Below are positions 49,441 to 60,013 of a stretch of 64,000 nucleotides of DNA, piece by piece; position 1 is the first letter of the stretch; every line of letters starts with the position of its first letter. The DNA is from Nitrososphaeria archaeon. GTDB taxonomy: Archaea > Thermoproteota > Nitrososphaeria > JACIWG01. Where the stretch lies: assembly GCA_050011875.1 (NCBI GenBank), contig JBEKIG010000004.1:32001-96000 (forward strand), written 5' to 3'. The notes beneath the pieces were generated by a model that had not been told where the DNA came from, searched no databases, and was given only the letters and a program-made list of their open reading frames with translations. The translations under genes were made by a program, and so were the position numbers.

Positions 49441-50750
49441 TTAGGCTCGACTATCTTTCCATTTCCGACGGAGGTTAGCCCATCTTCTATCGAGAAGGCC
49501 GTTTTACCTCTGACGATCGTCCTTTCAACCTGAGTTTCAGCCTTAAACCCTTCAAATGGTGAAAATTTTGCTTTCGAGAAGAACTTTGAAGGATCAACAG
49601 AATATTCTGGAACAAATCGTATGAAAGTAAGGTTCGCCATCATACCCTTATCTATTGACCCATGTTTTTTCAATCCAAAAAAGCTGGCGGGATTAGATGT
49701 CAGGCATCTAACCAAGCTGGAAAAAGGTAAAAATCCCTTCTTCGAGAGGGTGAAAAGGACGCAAACAGCCGTTTCTAGACCCGGGAACCCTGGTATCGGA
49801 TTTTCAGAAAGCTTTTCTGAAAGCGCGTGCGGAGCATGATCGGTGCCTATTATATCGATCTGATCTCTCCACATGGAGTTCCTTAAGGCAACCACATTTG
49901 AACGTTTTCTAAGAGGCGGTTCGAGCGTACATATTTTACTGCATTGCCCAAGAACAGAATCGTCTAAGGTAAGATGTGAAGGTGTGGCCTCAATTGAGAG
50001 ATTCCTATTATATTCTTTTGCGCTTGATATTTCCCTGATACTATTTATGGTGGAGACATGGCAAAACCGTATTTTCAATGGAAAACCTTGACACAACCTC
50101 AAAATCCTATCTATCATTGAATGTTCAGCTTCCTCGGTATGAGCTTTTGCGTGGTCTTTTGCATCATACTTTTCATTAAGCTTGCCGATCTTGTCTGGAT
50201 CCTCAGCGTGTATAGATAATGGAAGATTCGTTGCTTTGATTTCTTCGAACAGCTCTATCAGATTTTCTTCCTTTGAGAAATCCATGTCTTCAAAGACCTT
50301 ATGCGTATAGATCTTGAACCCTACACATCCAGCTTTAGCGAGTTCTCTGACATTTTTGGGGTCAGTTGGCATCGCGTAAAGTCCCACATCACACATGATC
50401 TTCTTGTCGGCGAGGGTTTTTCTCATAACTATACGTTCCGGTGTTGAGACAGGTGGAACATTATTTGGCATGTCTAAAACAACCGTGAAGCCGCCTGCAA
50501 CCGCTGAACTAGTGCCGCTTTCAAAGCTTTCTTTATAGGCTAAAGGTCCATCACGAAGGTGGACATGGCTGTCTATTAAGCCAGGTAGAACTATAGCTCC
50601 TTTTGCATCAATAACCTCGTCGACGTTTACTTCTGCCGTCTTCCTTACGACGCCTTTTATGGTATCATCTTCGATTACGATATCTTTCTCCACTATTCTC
50701 TCGTGTATCCAAGTTCTTCCATTTATAATACGAGACAGCAAGCCTACCAC
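49437..50750 (-). CDS. pyrC: Dihydroorotase
   Basis: PGLIDSHVHLR, DMPNN, HAED and GTDHAPH motifs. Confidence 0.85.
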   Translation of the reverse strand: MVGLLSRIINGRTWIHERIVEKDIVIEDDTIKGVVRKTAEVNVDEVIDAKGAIVLPGLIDSHVHLRDGPLAYKESFESGTSSAVAGGFTVVLDMPNNVPPVSTPERIVMRKTLADKKIMCDVGLYAMPTDPKNVRELAKAGCVGFKIYTHKVFEDMDFSKEENLIELFEEIKATNLPLSIHAEDPDKIGKLNEKYDAKDHAKAHTEEAEHSMIDRILRLCQGFPLKIRFCHVSTINSIREISSAKEYNRNLSIEATPSHLTLDDSVLGQCSKICTLEPPLRKRSNVVALRNSMWRDQIDIIGTDHAPHALSEKLSENPIPGFPGLETAVCVLFTLSKKGFLPFSSLVRCLTSNPASFFGLKKHGSIDKGMMANLTFIRFVPEYSVDPSKFFSKAKFSPFEGFKAETQVERTIVRGKTAFSIEDGLTSVGNGKIVEPK

Positions 50751-50757
50751 ATGTAAA

Positions 50758-51564
50758 TTACGTTAGAAGCTGGTTGAAAAGCTCTCTTCTTCTAATTACA
50801 CCTGAGAAGACTCCTTCTTGTATTACAGGATATATGACTAAGTTGGTGCCGGCTATTAGACTCGATGCCTTCTGCACAGGATCTTGGGATTTTAGCTGCT
50901 CTGTTACAAGCGTCATGATGTCGTTTGCCACATATTTTCGCAGTGCACTTTTCATGTGATGTATCTGATCATTTGAGAGGTAATTGAACAGAAAGGTTGA
51001 GAGTTCTTTTTCGCCTACAACGCCTGAGGGAATACTGTTTTGAACGACAGCGAATTCTCTCATGTCCCTATCCTTAAGTATTTCATTGATGAGTGAAGAA
51101 AGACTGGTTTCTGGAATTGTGCTGTACCCAGTTTTTATGACGTAGTTCTCAACTTTTCCTTTAAGTTCGCTTGCAAGAAGATAGATCAACAGGTTCTTGG
51201 TTAGTAAGCCAAGCACTGTCCCTTCCCCATTAAAAACGGGAAGAGCGCTTATAGTTTCTCTAGCCATAATATTTACAGCTTCACCAAGAGTGCTTTTTGC
51301 ATCGGTATATGTCAAGCGTTCGCTCGTAAATGCCGCTACGCTCAGGGAGGAGGGTGATATGTTACTGAACTTCTTCGAAGCTAGCTTCATAAAGACGTCC
51401 CTTAATGTCACGACCCCTATCAGCTTGTCCTTATCCTTTACAAGAACTCTGTCAAGTTTTGTCTTTTTTATTTCGTAAAACATCATCGAAATCTTCTCAG
51501 ATTTCGATAGAATGCTGACCTTCGGAAGATTAAGGGTAGTTAAACTATCTTTTCTTTGCGGCAA
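50758..51564 (-). CDS. CBS domain protein
   Basis: Repeated CBS motifs (LIGVVTLRD, ALPV, GVIRRR). Confidence 0.8.
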   Translation of the reverse strand: MPQRKDSLTTLNLPKVSILSKSEKISMMFYEIKKTKLDRVLVKDKDKLIGVVTLRDVFMKLASKKFSNISPSSLSVAAFTSERLTYTDAKSTLGEAVNIMARETISALPVFNGEGTVLGLLTKNLLIYLLASELKGKVENYVIKTGYSTIPETSLSSLINEILKDRDMREFAVVQNSIPSGVVGEKELSTFLFNYLSNDQIHHMKSALRKYVANDIMTLVTEQLKSQDPVQKASSLIAGTNLVIYPVIQEGVFSGVIRRRELFNQLLT

Positions 51565-52399
51565 TTTCGAGTACCTCCTTCTTTGAGAAGATTCCGCTAA
51601 CGCGTCCTTCTGAATTTAGCACAGGAAGAGCGCCTATATCTTTTGCTACCATTATCGCAGCCGCATTTTGAACAGTTTCATTCTCGTGTACGATAATAAC
51701 AGGACTTGACATAATGTCACCTGCAGTCGCTATAGCTATATAGCTTATTTTGTCATGCGTGGGAGCCCCACCTTTTTGAACAGAACGCATAGAATGCACT
51801 TTCTTAATTTGAGAAAATTTAGCAAAGGCCAGGTTGGCTGGGGCAATGATTCCGACCGGCTTCCCCTCTTCATCCAGCACTATGACACGATGAGGTGGGG
51901 TTTTAAACAGTAAATCTATTACGTGGTTTACACTATGGAAGGGGGTGGTAAATGCAACATCCCTGTACATGAAATTCTTCACTACCATGCCTGATCGTGG
52001 AAACTGGGATACATATTTTGTCATATCGTGAGTTGTTATAATCCCCGCAAGTCTTCCGTCCCATGTCACTGGCACACCTCCAATATTCTTCTCCAACATC
52101 AGCCTTGCCGCCTCACTTATTCCTTCACTATATTCCACCGTCAGGACCTTCCGCTCCATAAAATGCCGAACCAGTAGCCGATCTATCGATCTAACTTTAG
52201 ACGAAGGCTTTGACATTCGAAATGCTCCCGCTAGATCCTCCCTTGTTATTATACCGACGATCTTATCCCCTTCCAGAACCACTAGTCTTCCTATTTTCTT
52301 TGAAAGCATCAAATTTTTTACTCTTGCCAAGGTATCATTAGGCCCTATGACAAAAACATCTTTAGTCATAAAATCGTTTACTGAAGTCAAACTTAACAC
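51545..52399 (-). CDS. CBS domain protein (4 CBS repeats)
   Basis: VGIITRED, GGVPV, GIITTHD and GALPV motifs. Confidence 0.85.
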   Translation of the reverse strand: MLSLTSVNDFMTKDVFVIGPNDTLARVKNLMLSKKIGRLVVLEGDKIVGIITREDLAGAFRMSKPSSKVRSIDRLLVRHFMERKVLTVEYSEGISEAARLMLEKNIGGVPVTWDGRLAGIITTHDMTKYVSQFPRSGMVVKNFMYRDVAFTTPFHSVNHVIDLLFKTPPHRVIVLDEEGKPVGIIAPANLAFAKFSQIKKVHSMRSVQKGGAPTHDKISYIAIATAGDIMSSPVIIVHENETVQNAAAIMVAKDIGALPVLNSEGRVSGIFSKKEVLEIAAKKR

Positions 52400-52496
52400 T
52401 TATAATTAAAATGATAGGTTGTTAAAAACTGTTTCTATCTTAGAATTTCTTGTAGCGGGTTAACCAAGGGTTTTTTAGCAAGGTTTTACTATATAC

Positions 52497-53060
52497 TCAT
52501 TCAGATCTACATTCATCGCAAAGATATTTATCGTCCACTTCAACCAGTGTGTCAGACCATCTTGAACAGATGTCGCAGTAACCCGCCATGTAGATAGACC
52601 CTTTCTGGGATTCAGAAAATGAAGTTTCGATGTTTAGTCTCTCTGAGAATATTTCTACAAGCTCTGGCGTTATCGCTATAATGTCCCAGAGGGACAATAT
52701 ACCCTCAAGGTTTCCTCGATATGTAACTCCGACACGTTTCACCTTCTTCTTCCTCATGTACTTTACAGCATCAATGACCTTTGCCTCGCTCTCGACCGTG
52801 TAAATTGGTGTGCTCATTATTTCCCTTGCCTTTGTCTTGTCAGGATCTAGACCGCTTGAAACAACACGATAAATTATGTCGCCATCGGTCACCATACCTA
52901 TAGGCAGCTTGTTCTCCACTATGACTATGCTACCAACGCTGCTTTCAGTCATCTTTTGAGCTATCTGTCTAACGGTTTCGTCAGGACCTCCGGTAATAAC
53001 TGGGCTGTTCATCACTTCCCTAACAGTTATATTTGCAGGATTAGTCGCACTAGATTCCAT
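52497..53060 (-). CDS. CBS domain protein with C-terminal zinc ribbon
   Basis: CBS pair followed by GYCDIC...LCDEC. Confidence 0.85.
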   Translation of the reverse strand: MESSATNPANITVREVMNSPVITGGPDETVRQIAQKMTESSVGSIVIVENKLPIGMVTDGDIIYRVVSSGLDPDKTKAREIMSTPIYTVESEAKVIDAVKYMRKKKVKRVGVTYRGNLEGILSLWDIIAITPELVEIFSERLNIETSFSESQKGSIYMAGYCDICSRWSDTLVEVDDKYLCDECRSE

Positions 53061-53109
53061 GAATACCTTGTCAACGCTTGGTTAGGAACAGGAGTAGAAA
53101 AATATTTCC

Positions 53110-55011
53110 TTACGATTTGATCTTACATCCTCCCGGAGGTAGAGATAGAGTGAAATCTTCTAATGGAATGTTTCTTACATCCTCTAAGGAGTTCATCTTT
53201 TCCAAGAGAACTGCTTTGATCTTCTTTGCAGTATAGTTCTTTTCCTCTCTCCCTGGCAGAATCTGAACATATGCTTCAGCGTATGCTTTTACGGCCCCCA
53301 TTGGCCCGCTTACGACAGAATAGTGGTCCTTAACCTTTGTTATTGCAACGGCAAGTTCGAGGGGAATGTTCTTTACATAATTTCTCTTTCCCGAAATCAT
53401 GAAAGCTCCTTTGCCTATATATTGCCCCGAAGGCGCTTGCTTTGAAATCTGATCTTTGAACACCCAGTACGCTTCCCCTGAAGCTATTCCAAGCTTCCAG
53501 ATGTTACTGAAAGCTACCGCGGCTAGAGCGGTTTCCCTTACACTAGGTTCCGTTGCCCTTTTACCTTCTTTAATTATGAAGAAAGGTGCACCAGTGAACT
53601 CCGCGTGAAACACGATGTCTCCATCTCCCAAATATTTCTTTATTACTGCTTCATTTGAAGAAGCATCTCTTCCACCTATCGCTAAAAAACCCTCTGATGT
53701 ACGGAACCAGCGATATCTTTCATACCATTCTTTTTCAAAAATCTTTCGGCTTCCTTTTACCACGTTTCTTTCCTTTAATTCTACCTTCTTTTCTATCTGT
53801 TGCAGTTCCCTTTCCAATTTTTTTACTGAAGAATCGATGTCCAGCATTCCTTGTGACAGAACCTTGGTGGCGTTAAAGATTTCTGAGCGGGTCTTCATAG
53901 GGTTAAGCTGGTCTAATTCGAACTCGAAGTTCTTATAAGAAATTTTTAGTATATCATCACTTAAACTTACGATCCCAGATTTGAATAACTTCAAAAACTG
54001 ATCTTTGTCTTGATAGTACAGCGAGATACTTTCAATGATGCTGTTCGCGATTTCGGTTAAAACCTTCTTGTCTTCGGCTAGCACTTCCTTTTTCTTATTC
54101 AAGCCTTCCATCGTGTTCTTCAGTCCTTCTCTCTCCCTATACATTGGGTGAAGAAGTGCCTGTTCTCTTTTCTTCAGACAACTTCTTGTGTACAGCGTGT
54201 CTAATGCTTCATTAAGACTTCCAACTTCCTTGATCTCATGTTTGTTAAGGCCGGTGGGAAAAATTGAAAAGTCGACTGGTTCTTCCCCGTCAACAAAAAG
54301 TACCGGCCTAATTTTGAAGTCTTCTGAGAAAAAACCATGTATAGCTGTAATAAGCGACCTTAGTGTCTGTTCGCCGATCTCTTTCCCAGTCGAACCAGCT
54401 GGCAAGTTGAGGAGAGCTGGAAGAGTGTCGATGTATTTTTTGGGGAGGGAAAGGTTTTTCCCTAGCCATTTCCTAAAATCTTCTTGGTATCCAAGAAGAG
54501 GTTTAAGAAATTCTTCATCGACCGCAAGTGGGTCGGCTCCTCTCTGTGGTGGGGGAATATACTTAGTTCCTAGGGCTATTCTCCTATGTTTTGTTTCACG
54601 ATATTCTAACGCTGCAAGGATAGCATCTTTATCGTCTAAGAGAATCAAGTTTCCACTACTGAAGAATTCGGCAACAAGTTTAGTCGCTTCACAACCAATG
54701 AATTCTATTACTACTATTCTTTCAGTTCCAAGCTGGGATATCGACAAAATCTTTCCCCTAGAAAGTTTTTTTCTAAACAGATTCAGAAGGCTGTCAGTGC
54801 TTTCTCCTTCAAGCTTAGCTTCTGTAACCCAGATCGCACGCCCGCGGTTTAAAACAAGCCTTCTTTCTGAGTTTGAAGGATGGTGTAGCCTAATAAGTAA
54901 TGTGCCTTCAACGACCCAGTAAACGTTGTTAACATAATAATCCTTAAGACTATCATTTAACCACCTGACTTGGTGAAAGAGTTCTATGTTGCTTAGCGCA
55001 GGGGTGCTCAT
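53110..55011 (-). CDS. rqcH: Ribosome quality-control protein RqcH/NEMF (NFACT)
   Basis: WYERYRWF.TSEG.L.IGGRDA..NE, FHAE..GAP and SKQAPSGQYIGKGAFMI motifs. Confidence 0.9.
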   Translation of the reverse strand: MSTPALSNIELFHQVRWLNDSLKDYYVNNVYWVVEGTLLIRLHHPSNSERRLVLNRGRAIWVTEAKLEGESTDSLLNLFRKKLSRGKILSISQLGTERIVVIEFIGCEATKLVAEFFSSGNLILLDDKDAILAALEYRETKHRRIALGTKYIPPPQRGADPLAVDEEFLKPLLGYQEDFRKWLGKNLSLPKKYIDTLPALLNLPAGSTGKEIGEQTLRSLITAIHGFFSEDFKIRPVLFVDGEEPVDFSIFPTGLNKHEIKEVGSLNEALDTLYTRSCLKKREQALLHPMYREREGLKNTMEGLNKKKEVLAEDKKVLTEIANSIIESISLYYQDKDQFLKLFKSGIVSLSDDILKISYKNFEFELDQLNPMKTRSEIFNATKVLSQGMLDIDSSVKKLERELQQIEKKVELKERNVVKGSRKIFEKEWYERYRWFRTSEGFLAIGGRDASSNEAVIKKYLGDGDIVFHAEFTGAPFFIIKEGKRATEPSVRETALAAVAFSNIWKLGIASGEAYWVFKDQISKQAPSGQYIGKGAFMISGKRNYVKNIPLELAVAITKVKDHYSVVSGPMGAVKAYAEAYVQILPGREEKNYTAKKIKAVLLEKMNSLEDVRNIPLEDFTLSLPPGGCKIKS

Positions 55012-55029
55012 CTTGGAGGCCGTGGGGAT

Positions 55030-55314
55030 ATGTTAACAGACAGCAATAAACTATTCTGGACTAGAGTCATCTTTGCAGCATTATCAGGGTTCGTTTCTGG
55101 AATAATGAAATTCAGCGGCAGCACCGCCTTTGATGGCGTGGGTACAATCATTTTCATGTACATCTTATCGTATTTTATAGGGGAAGCCTTTATATTCAAA
55201 GGTAAAAAGGTTAGCAGAAATACACTGATACTCACTGGAATAGGAACATTCATTATGATGTCTCTTTTTATGTGGATCCTCTTCTATACTCTGAAGGTAA
55301 ATGGATTTATTTAG
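55030..55314 (+). CDS. Small 3-TM protein, EMC6/Rab5-interacting-like
   Basis: LFWTRVIFAALSGFVSG...GIGTFIMMSLFMWILFYT. Confidence 0.6.
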   Translation: MLTDSNKLFWTRVIFAALSGFVSGIMKFSGSTAFDGVGTIIFMYILSYFIGEAFIFKGKKVSRNTLILTGIGTFIMMSLFMWILFYTLKVNGFI

Positions 55315-55588
55315 CTCCCTTTTCTATCAGATCAATATATGCGAATAACAGCGAAAAGTAATCGGAATCGTATTCTGAAATCCATCCACTGGAGAGTAAG
55401 TTTGACATGCTAGCCTTCATGGACTTTAGTCTCTCAAGTTCTTCTTGGGTAATATCTCCATTCTTAAGAAGACTTTTTAAACCGTTTATTGCCTGTGACG
55501 CACCGAGCGAATCTTTGGCAGCTTCCTTAGCTTCTTCCCATCTACCTGTCTGAATCAGCTTCACAATCTCTACCGTATTGTTTATCAA
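55307..55588 (-). CDS. Hypothetical protein
   Basis: 93-aa ORF overlapping the stop codon of the RadA-like gene. Confidence 0.55.
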   Translation of the reverse strand: MINNTVEIVKLIQTGRWEEAKEAAKDSLGASQAINGLKSLLKNGDITQEELERLKSMKASMSNLLSSGWISEYDSDYFSLLFAYIDLIEKGAK

Positions 55589-56496
55589 GAAATGTCCCCT
55601 GCACCATATTCTGTTAAACTAAACTCGGTGGTCTCTACACAGTCTCCTATTACAACCTTAGCTTCCCAAGTCATATCTTCTGACCTACTTAGCAAAATTT
55701 TCGTTCGAATAAAAGGGCCTATTATATCATCATATTCTGGGACTAAAGCACTGTCTCGAAACCTCCTCATGCTATTGCTTAGAAGTATAACGATCATGTT
55801 ATCGCGTGCTGCTAAATAGTTTAGTCTCATAATAAAGTTCTCCAACGCTTTAAGCCTATAGAAGATTATGCTCTTCTTCTTGGCAACTAGTTTAAGTGAT
55901 TCGCATAAACCGTCGATTACCAGAAGTTTGTGATTGAATTGTTTAAAAGAGTTTTCATATATTTTAAAGATTTCAAATTGTTGGGGTAAACTATAGGGTC
56001 TGAAGACCGAGATTTTATTTAATATTTCTTTGGAACCTAAACCGTGATATCGTCCAAGTTCGTTTAGCTTTTCTGGTCTAAACATTCCATTGGAGTCGTT
56101 GTAGAGAACTACTCCTTCTTTTTGTTCGTGTAGAAAGTTGAGCACAATGTCGTAGCAGAGTTGGATACGAGGAAAATGTTGTTCACTGCATATTTCAGTT
56201 ATCTGTCGGGAAGGTATGCCGCTTTTAAGCTTTGAATTAAGGGAAACCGATGATATTGCAATATTGTTTATTTCTCCACCTACATTTTTGTCTAAAACTC
56301 TGTATACGCCGCCTACCCTACATTGTAATGTCGAAATGATGTTAACAAGCTCGTCTTTTTCAAAATATTTCTCTAGGATGTTGTGGGGAGTTAAAAGGAA
56401 CTGTAGAACTGTGCAAATGTTCCCTTGAGCAAGCTGTCCAACCTTTTCTTTGGATAGTATATTTAATTCGTTTATCAGTGGACTCTGCTCTATCAT
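55585..56496 (-). CDS. Degenerate RadA/RecA-fold paralogue
   Basis: Collinear with RadA (GIPSRQITEI, YNDSNGMFRPEKL, LLVIDG, FSLTEYG), but Walker A is replaced by SEQHFPRI. Confidence 0.7.
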   Translation of the reverse strand: MIEQSPLINELNILSKEKVGQLAQGNICTVLQFLLTPHNILEKYFEKDELVNIISTLQCRVGGVYRVLDKNVGGEINNIAISSVSLNSKLKSGIPSRQITEICSEQHFPRIQLCYDIVLNFLHEQKEGVVLYNDSNGMFRPEKLNELGRYHGLGSKEILNKISVFRPYSLPQQFEIFKIYENSFKQFNHKLLVIDGLCESLKLVAKKKSIIFYRLKALENFIMRLNYLAARDNMIVILLSNSMRRFRDSALVPEYDDIIGPFIRTKILLSRSEDMTWEAKVVIGDCVETTEFSLTEYGAGDIS

Positions 56497-56556
56497 AAAC
56501 GCATAGCCTTATACAAGAATAAGATAAAAATAATAATGTGTAGAAAATAGCATAAC

Positions 56557-57414
56557 GTGTCAAATATGGGAGAGTACGAACAAGTGCTCGAGAAGGCTGT
56601 TATGATGATGGTAACGGATATTCCACCCGATGTCTTTGCAGCCCTTAAAATTGCGGCAAGTAAAGAGAAGCTGAAAATCGCAAAGAAACAATTTGAAACG
56701 ATAATTAAAAGTATCAGCCTAAGCCACACCGGTAGTCTACCCCTATGCCAAGACACCGGCCTGTTAACCGTTTTTTTAAATGGGAAATATGTAGTCGATT
56801 ACAATGTAATTAGGGAAGTTCTGGATAGAATCGTAATTAAGCTAACAAAGTCAGGGAAGATCAGGCCCAATCTTGTCAATGCAATAAGCAGGGTTCCAAT
56901 CGAAGGAAATGTAGGTTTCGGTCAGCCTGAAATCTACCTCGGAATGGAAAAAGAGGATTCGATAAAGATGATGCTGAAGGGTGCGGGTTCTGAGAACTAT
57001 TCTTCCTTAGAGATGTTTCTACCATCGGTAGACATACGTGAGATAAATAGATTCATCCTTAAGAAAACTCTCGATGCCGGAGGAAAGATATGCCCACCTT
57101 CTATCGTAAGCGTGTCCATAGGCGGTTCACCTGCTGCCGCAGTAATAGAGTCTAGGAAAGCTCTGTTCGCCAAGATTGGTGTAAGGAACAAGGATAAAGA
57201 TATAGCTGTATGGGAAAAGAGGCTTATTAAAGCCTTGAATGCGTTGAACATAGGTCCAATGGGTTTAGGAGGAAAAACAAGTGTACTCGATGTGAAGATT
57301 AGCGTCTTAGGCACGCATATTGCAATGTTACCGGTAGCTTTAACATACAACTGTTGGGCACTTCGTCGGATACAGATCCGAAGGGTTCAAGGAAAAGAGG
57401 CGATTTTATGGTAA
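56557..57414 (+). CDS. Class I fumarate hydratase/tartrate dehydratase alpha subunit
   Basis: LCQDTG, KGAGSEN, CPP, GPMGLGG and CWALR motifs. Confidence 0.9.
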   Translation: MSNMGEYEQVLEKAVMMMVTDIPPDVFAALKIAASKEKLKIAKKQFETIIKSISLSHTGSLPLCQDTGLLTVFLNGKYVVDYNVIREVLDRIVIKLTKSGKIRPNLVNAISRVPIEGNVGFGQPEIYLGMEKEDSIKMMLKGAGSENYSSLEMFLPSVDIREINRFILKKTLDAGGKICPPSIVSVSIGGSPAAAVIESRKALFAKIGVRNKDKDIAVWEKRLIKALNALNIGPMGLGGKTSVLDVKISVLGTHIAMLPVALTYNCWALRRIQIRRVQGKEAILW

Positions 57415-58001
57415 AAGAAAGTTCGAAAGTCAAAGTAATAGAATTGGTAGATAGATCGAAAGATTTTAGGGTAGGAAACGTAATTTACTTAACAGGCGAC
57501 ATAGCTATTGCGAGAGACCAAGCCCATAAACGTCTCTGTGAGAACGATTTCATCTTAAAAGATGTAATAGACCTGCCTGTCTATCACTGTGGACCCATAG
57601 CAATCCAAGAACGAGGAGGATTCAGATTTTTGGGGGCAGGCCCCACAACGAGCAAAAGGATGGAGAAGTTTACAGAACAGATGATTTTGAGATATCATAC
57701 ACCTCTATTCATTGGAAAAGGGGGTTTCGGAGACGTTGGTAAAGCGACTATAGTAAAATATGGTTCTTTCTACTGCGAATTCACAGGTGGAGCTTCAGCC
57801 TATGCTGTATCAAAGATCGATAGCGTTCTTAAAATTTTCTTTGAGGATCTAGGAACATCTGAAGCCTTATGGATTGTATCAGTAAAGAATTTCGGACCTT
57901 TACTTGTGACCCAAGACTCTGAAGGAAATGATCTCAGGTCTGACGTGTACAAAAATGCAGTCGAAAAAATGGACCGAATATTACGCGAATACGGTCTGTA
58001 G
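57408..58001 (+). CDS. Class I fumarate hydratase/tartrate dehydratase beta subunit
   Basis: ARDQAHKR, YHCGP, AGPTTSKRM and IGKGG motifs; ATG at 57408. Confidence 0.9.
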   Translation: MVKESSKVKVIELVDRSKDFRVGNVIYLTGDIAIARDQAHKRLCENDFILKDVIDLPVYHCGPIAIQERGGFRFLGAGPTTSKRMEKFTEQMILRYHTPLFIGKGGFGDVGKATIVKYGSFYCEFTGGASAYAVSKIDSVLKIFFEDLGTSEALWIVSVKNFGPLLVTQDSEGNDLRSDVYKNAVEKMDRILREYGL

Positions 58002-58004
58002 TTT

Positions 58005-59903
58005 CTATATTCTTGTATGTGCTTCTATACCAAGAATGCTCATCAAAGTTTTGAGCGCATTCGCAAATGCGATTACTAGAATAAGCCTCTGCTCCTTCTT
58101 AGCTTCATTCTTTTCGTGTAATACTGGATACTTTTCGTAGAACGTGTTGAATAACAGACAGATCGAATGTGCATACTCCGCCAGTTTGTTTGTTTGGAGA
58201 TTTTCTACGGAATCTTTTAGATTAGTATCCATTTTGGACAGCTCTTTAACAATCATGTATTCTTCTATTTCATCTAATTCGGTTATGGAGAAACTCTTTT
58301 TGATCGCTTTCCCGTACTTTTCAATGATTCTTGATGCTCTTGCGAACGTGTACTGTAGATATGGTCCTGTGTCACCTTCGATCTTCAGTGCTTCGTTTAA
58401 ATCAAAGACCATTATTTTTTTGAAGTCCTGCTTTACCAGACTGTACCTAATTGCTGAAACTGCTAGGGAAGTCGAAATTGTTATCAGCCATTCTTCGTCA
58501 GCCTCAGGATTTCTCTGCTTACTCCCAATATACGCGAGTTTCTGCAGCTTTTCGAGAACATCGTCTGCATTTATGTAGATACCCGCCCTTCCTGACATGT
58601 GGACGAAATCTTTTTCTTCTACTTTAAGGCCCATTTCTTTAGCTGTATCTCTGCTGAGTGACACAATTTCGTAACCTAGATGAATATAGTTTTTCTCTTT
58701 TCCTTTTTCTCCCAATTTTTTAAGGATACTCGCTATTATCTTTTGAAGCCATGCTTGTCGAACATCAATCACGTTTATAGCGGCGTCCGCGTTGTTGAAA
58801 GACGGATGATCTTTAACACCGTCTGAGAGGGTTGTTCTCCAAAGAACACTTCCGTTTGGTTGTTTGAAAAATTCCACGTATTTAAAAAAGTCTTCTATCA
58901 GCCCAAGCTTCCAAGCCGCGTAAGGTATGTCTTTCGCAATATACGTTAAGGTGCCATCACTCCTGATCAAAATTTTGTCTTGGTCGCCTCCACCTTTTAT
59001 AATCCAGCACCCAGCGTTCTCTCCCTCCCCTTCATAATTGACAAGGTTATTGTCTTTCATTTTTTGGAAAACCTCCTGCCACATACCTGAAGTAAAGATA
59101 TGTGATTCGAAGTTCAGACAGTCATAATATGCTCCTACGGCGGAACACGTTTTTAGCTGTTCTAAAAGAACACGCTCTGTAATAGTCTTTGAATAGGCAA
59201 AAATTTCTGAATCATGATCTTCCATTTCCTTTAAAACAACCCTTCTGTATTGCTCTGTTTCCGGCTTTTCTAAATAGATCTGATTCACTTTGACGTACAC
59301 TTGATCTCCGCAATAGTGATCGAATTTCGTTTTTGGATCAGGTGGATTTTCTGGGAAACCGAGGAACCTGAAACCTACAATAATATCCGCCACCTGGAGC
59401 CCTGAGTCGTCAACGTAGTTTAGGACTGTGACATCATGGTTGGTGTACTTCAGAAGACGCTGAATCGTGTCTCCTATCACAACGTTCCGCATATGACCTA
59501 TATGGAGCGCCTTATTGGGGTTGACACTGGTGTGCTCTACAATCACCTTTTTACCCTTTCCGACATCGATGTAACCCGGTTTTTCTTCCATCATATTACA
59601 TAAGGTCATTGTGAGAAACTTCGGTTTGTCTACTCTAAAGTTCAAGTAGGCTGGATGGGATACAGATACTTCAGACACCAAATCATGCTTCACATCCCCC
59701 ATCGCTGAATGCAATTCTTCCGCTATTTCGAATGGCTTTTTTCTTGCAGTCTTTGCAATATCAAAGGCGATCGTAGAAGAGAGGTCCCCAAATTGGGGCC
59801 TTGGAGGCTCCTCTAATGGAATGTGATTTACCCTGTATCCCAGCTTATCAGCTGCCAGAGTAATGCTCTTCTCCACCTCTCTCCTAAAAGCTTCAAAAGC
59901 CAT
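58005..59903 (-). CDS. argS: Arginine--tRNA ligase
   Basis: EHTSVNPNKALHIGH, RSDGT..Y, MSGR and GPYLQY motifs. Confidence 0.95.
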   Translation of the reverse strand: MAFEAFRREVEKSITLAADKLGYRVNHIPLEEPPRPQFGDLSSTIAFDIAKTARKKPFEIAEELHSAMGDVKHDLVSEVSVSHPAYLNFRVDKPKFLTMTLCNMMEEKPGYIDVGKGKKVIVEHTSVNPNKALHIGHMRNVVIGDTIQRLLKYTNHDVTVLNYVDDSGLQVADIIVGFRFLGFPENPPDPKTKFDHYCGDQVYVKVNQIYLEKPETEQYRRVVLKEMEDHDSEIFAYSKTITERVLLEQLKTCSAVGAYYDCLNFESHIFTSGMWQEVFQKMKDNNLVNYEGEGENAGCWIIKGGGDQDKILIRSDGTLTYIAKDIPYAAWKLGLIEDFFKYVEFFKQPNGSVLWRTTLSDGVKDHPSFNNADAAINVIDVRQAWLQKIIASILKKLGEKGKEKNYIHLGYEIVSLSRDTAKEMGLKVEEKDFVHMSGRAGIYINADDVLEKLQKLAYIGSKQRNPEADEEWLITISTSLAVSAIRYSLVKQDFKKIMVFDLNEALKIEGDTGPYLQYTFARASRIIEKYGKAIKKSFSITELDEIEEYMIVKELSKMDTNLKDSVENLQTNKLAEYAHSICLLFNTFYEKYPVLHEKNEAKKEQRLILVIAFANALKTLMSILGIEAHTRI

Positions 59904-60013
59904 CTCTTTTCCTCATCTATCAGCTTCAGTCCATCTAAAAAACTTATCTTGGAATCCTCCTTATCTAAGATATTTGACAGAACTTACTATTTAGACAACG
60001 ATTCCCGTAGATT

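Noticed and set aside
54188-54922. Long antisense ORFs (also 18271..18834, 29397..29975, 36235..36834 and others)
   Set aside because: They are shadow frames opposite well-supported genes and have no motifs.
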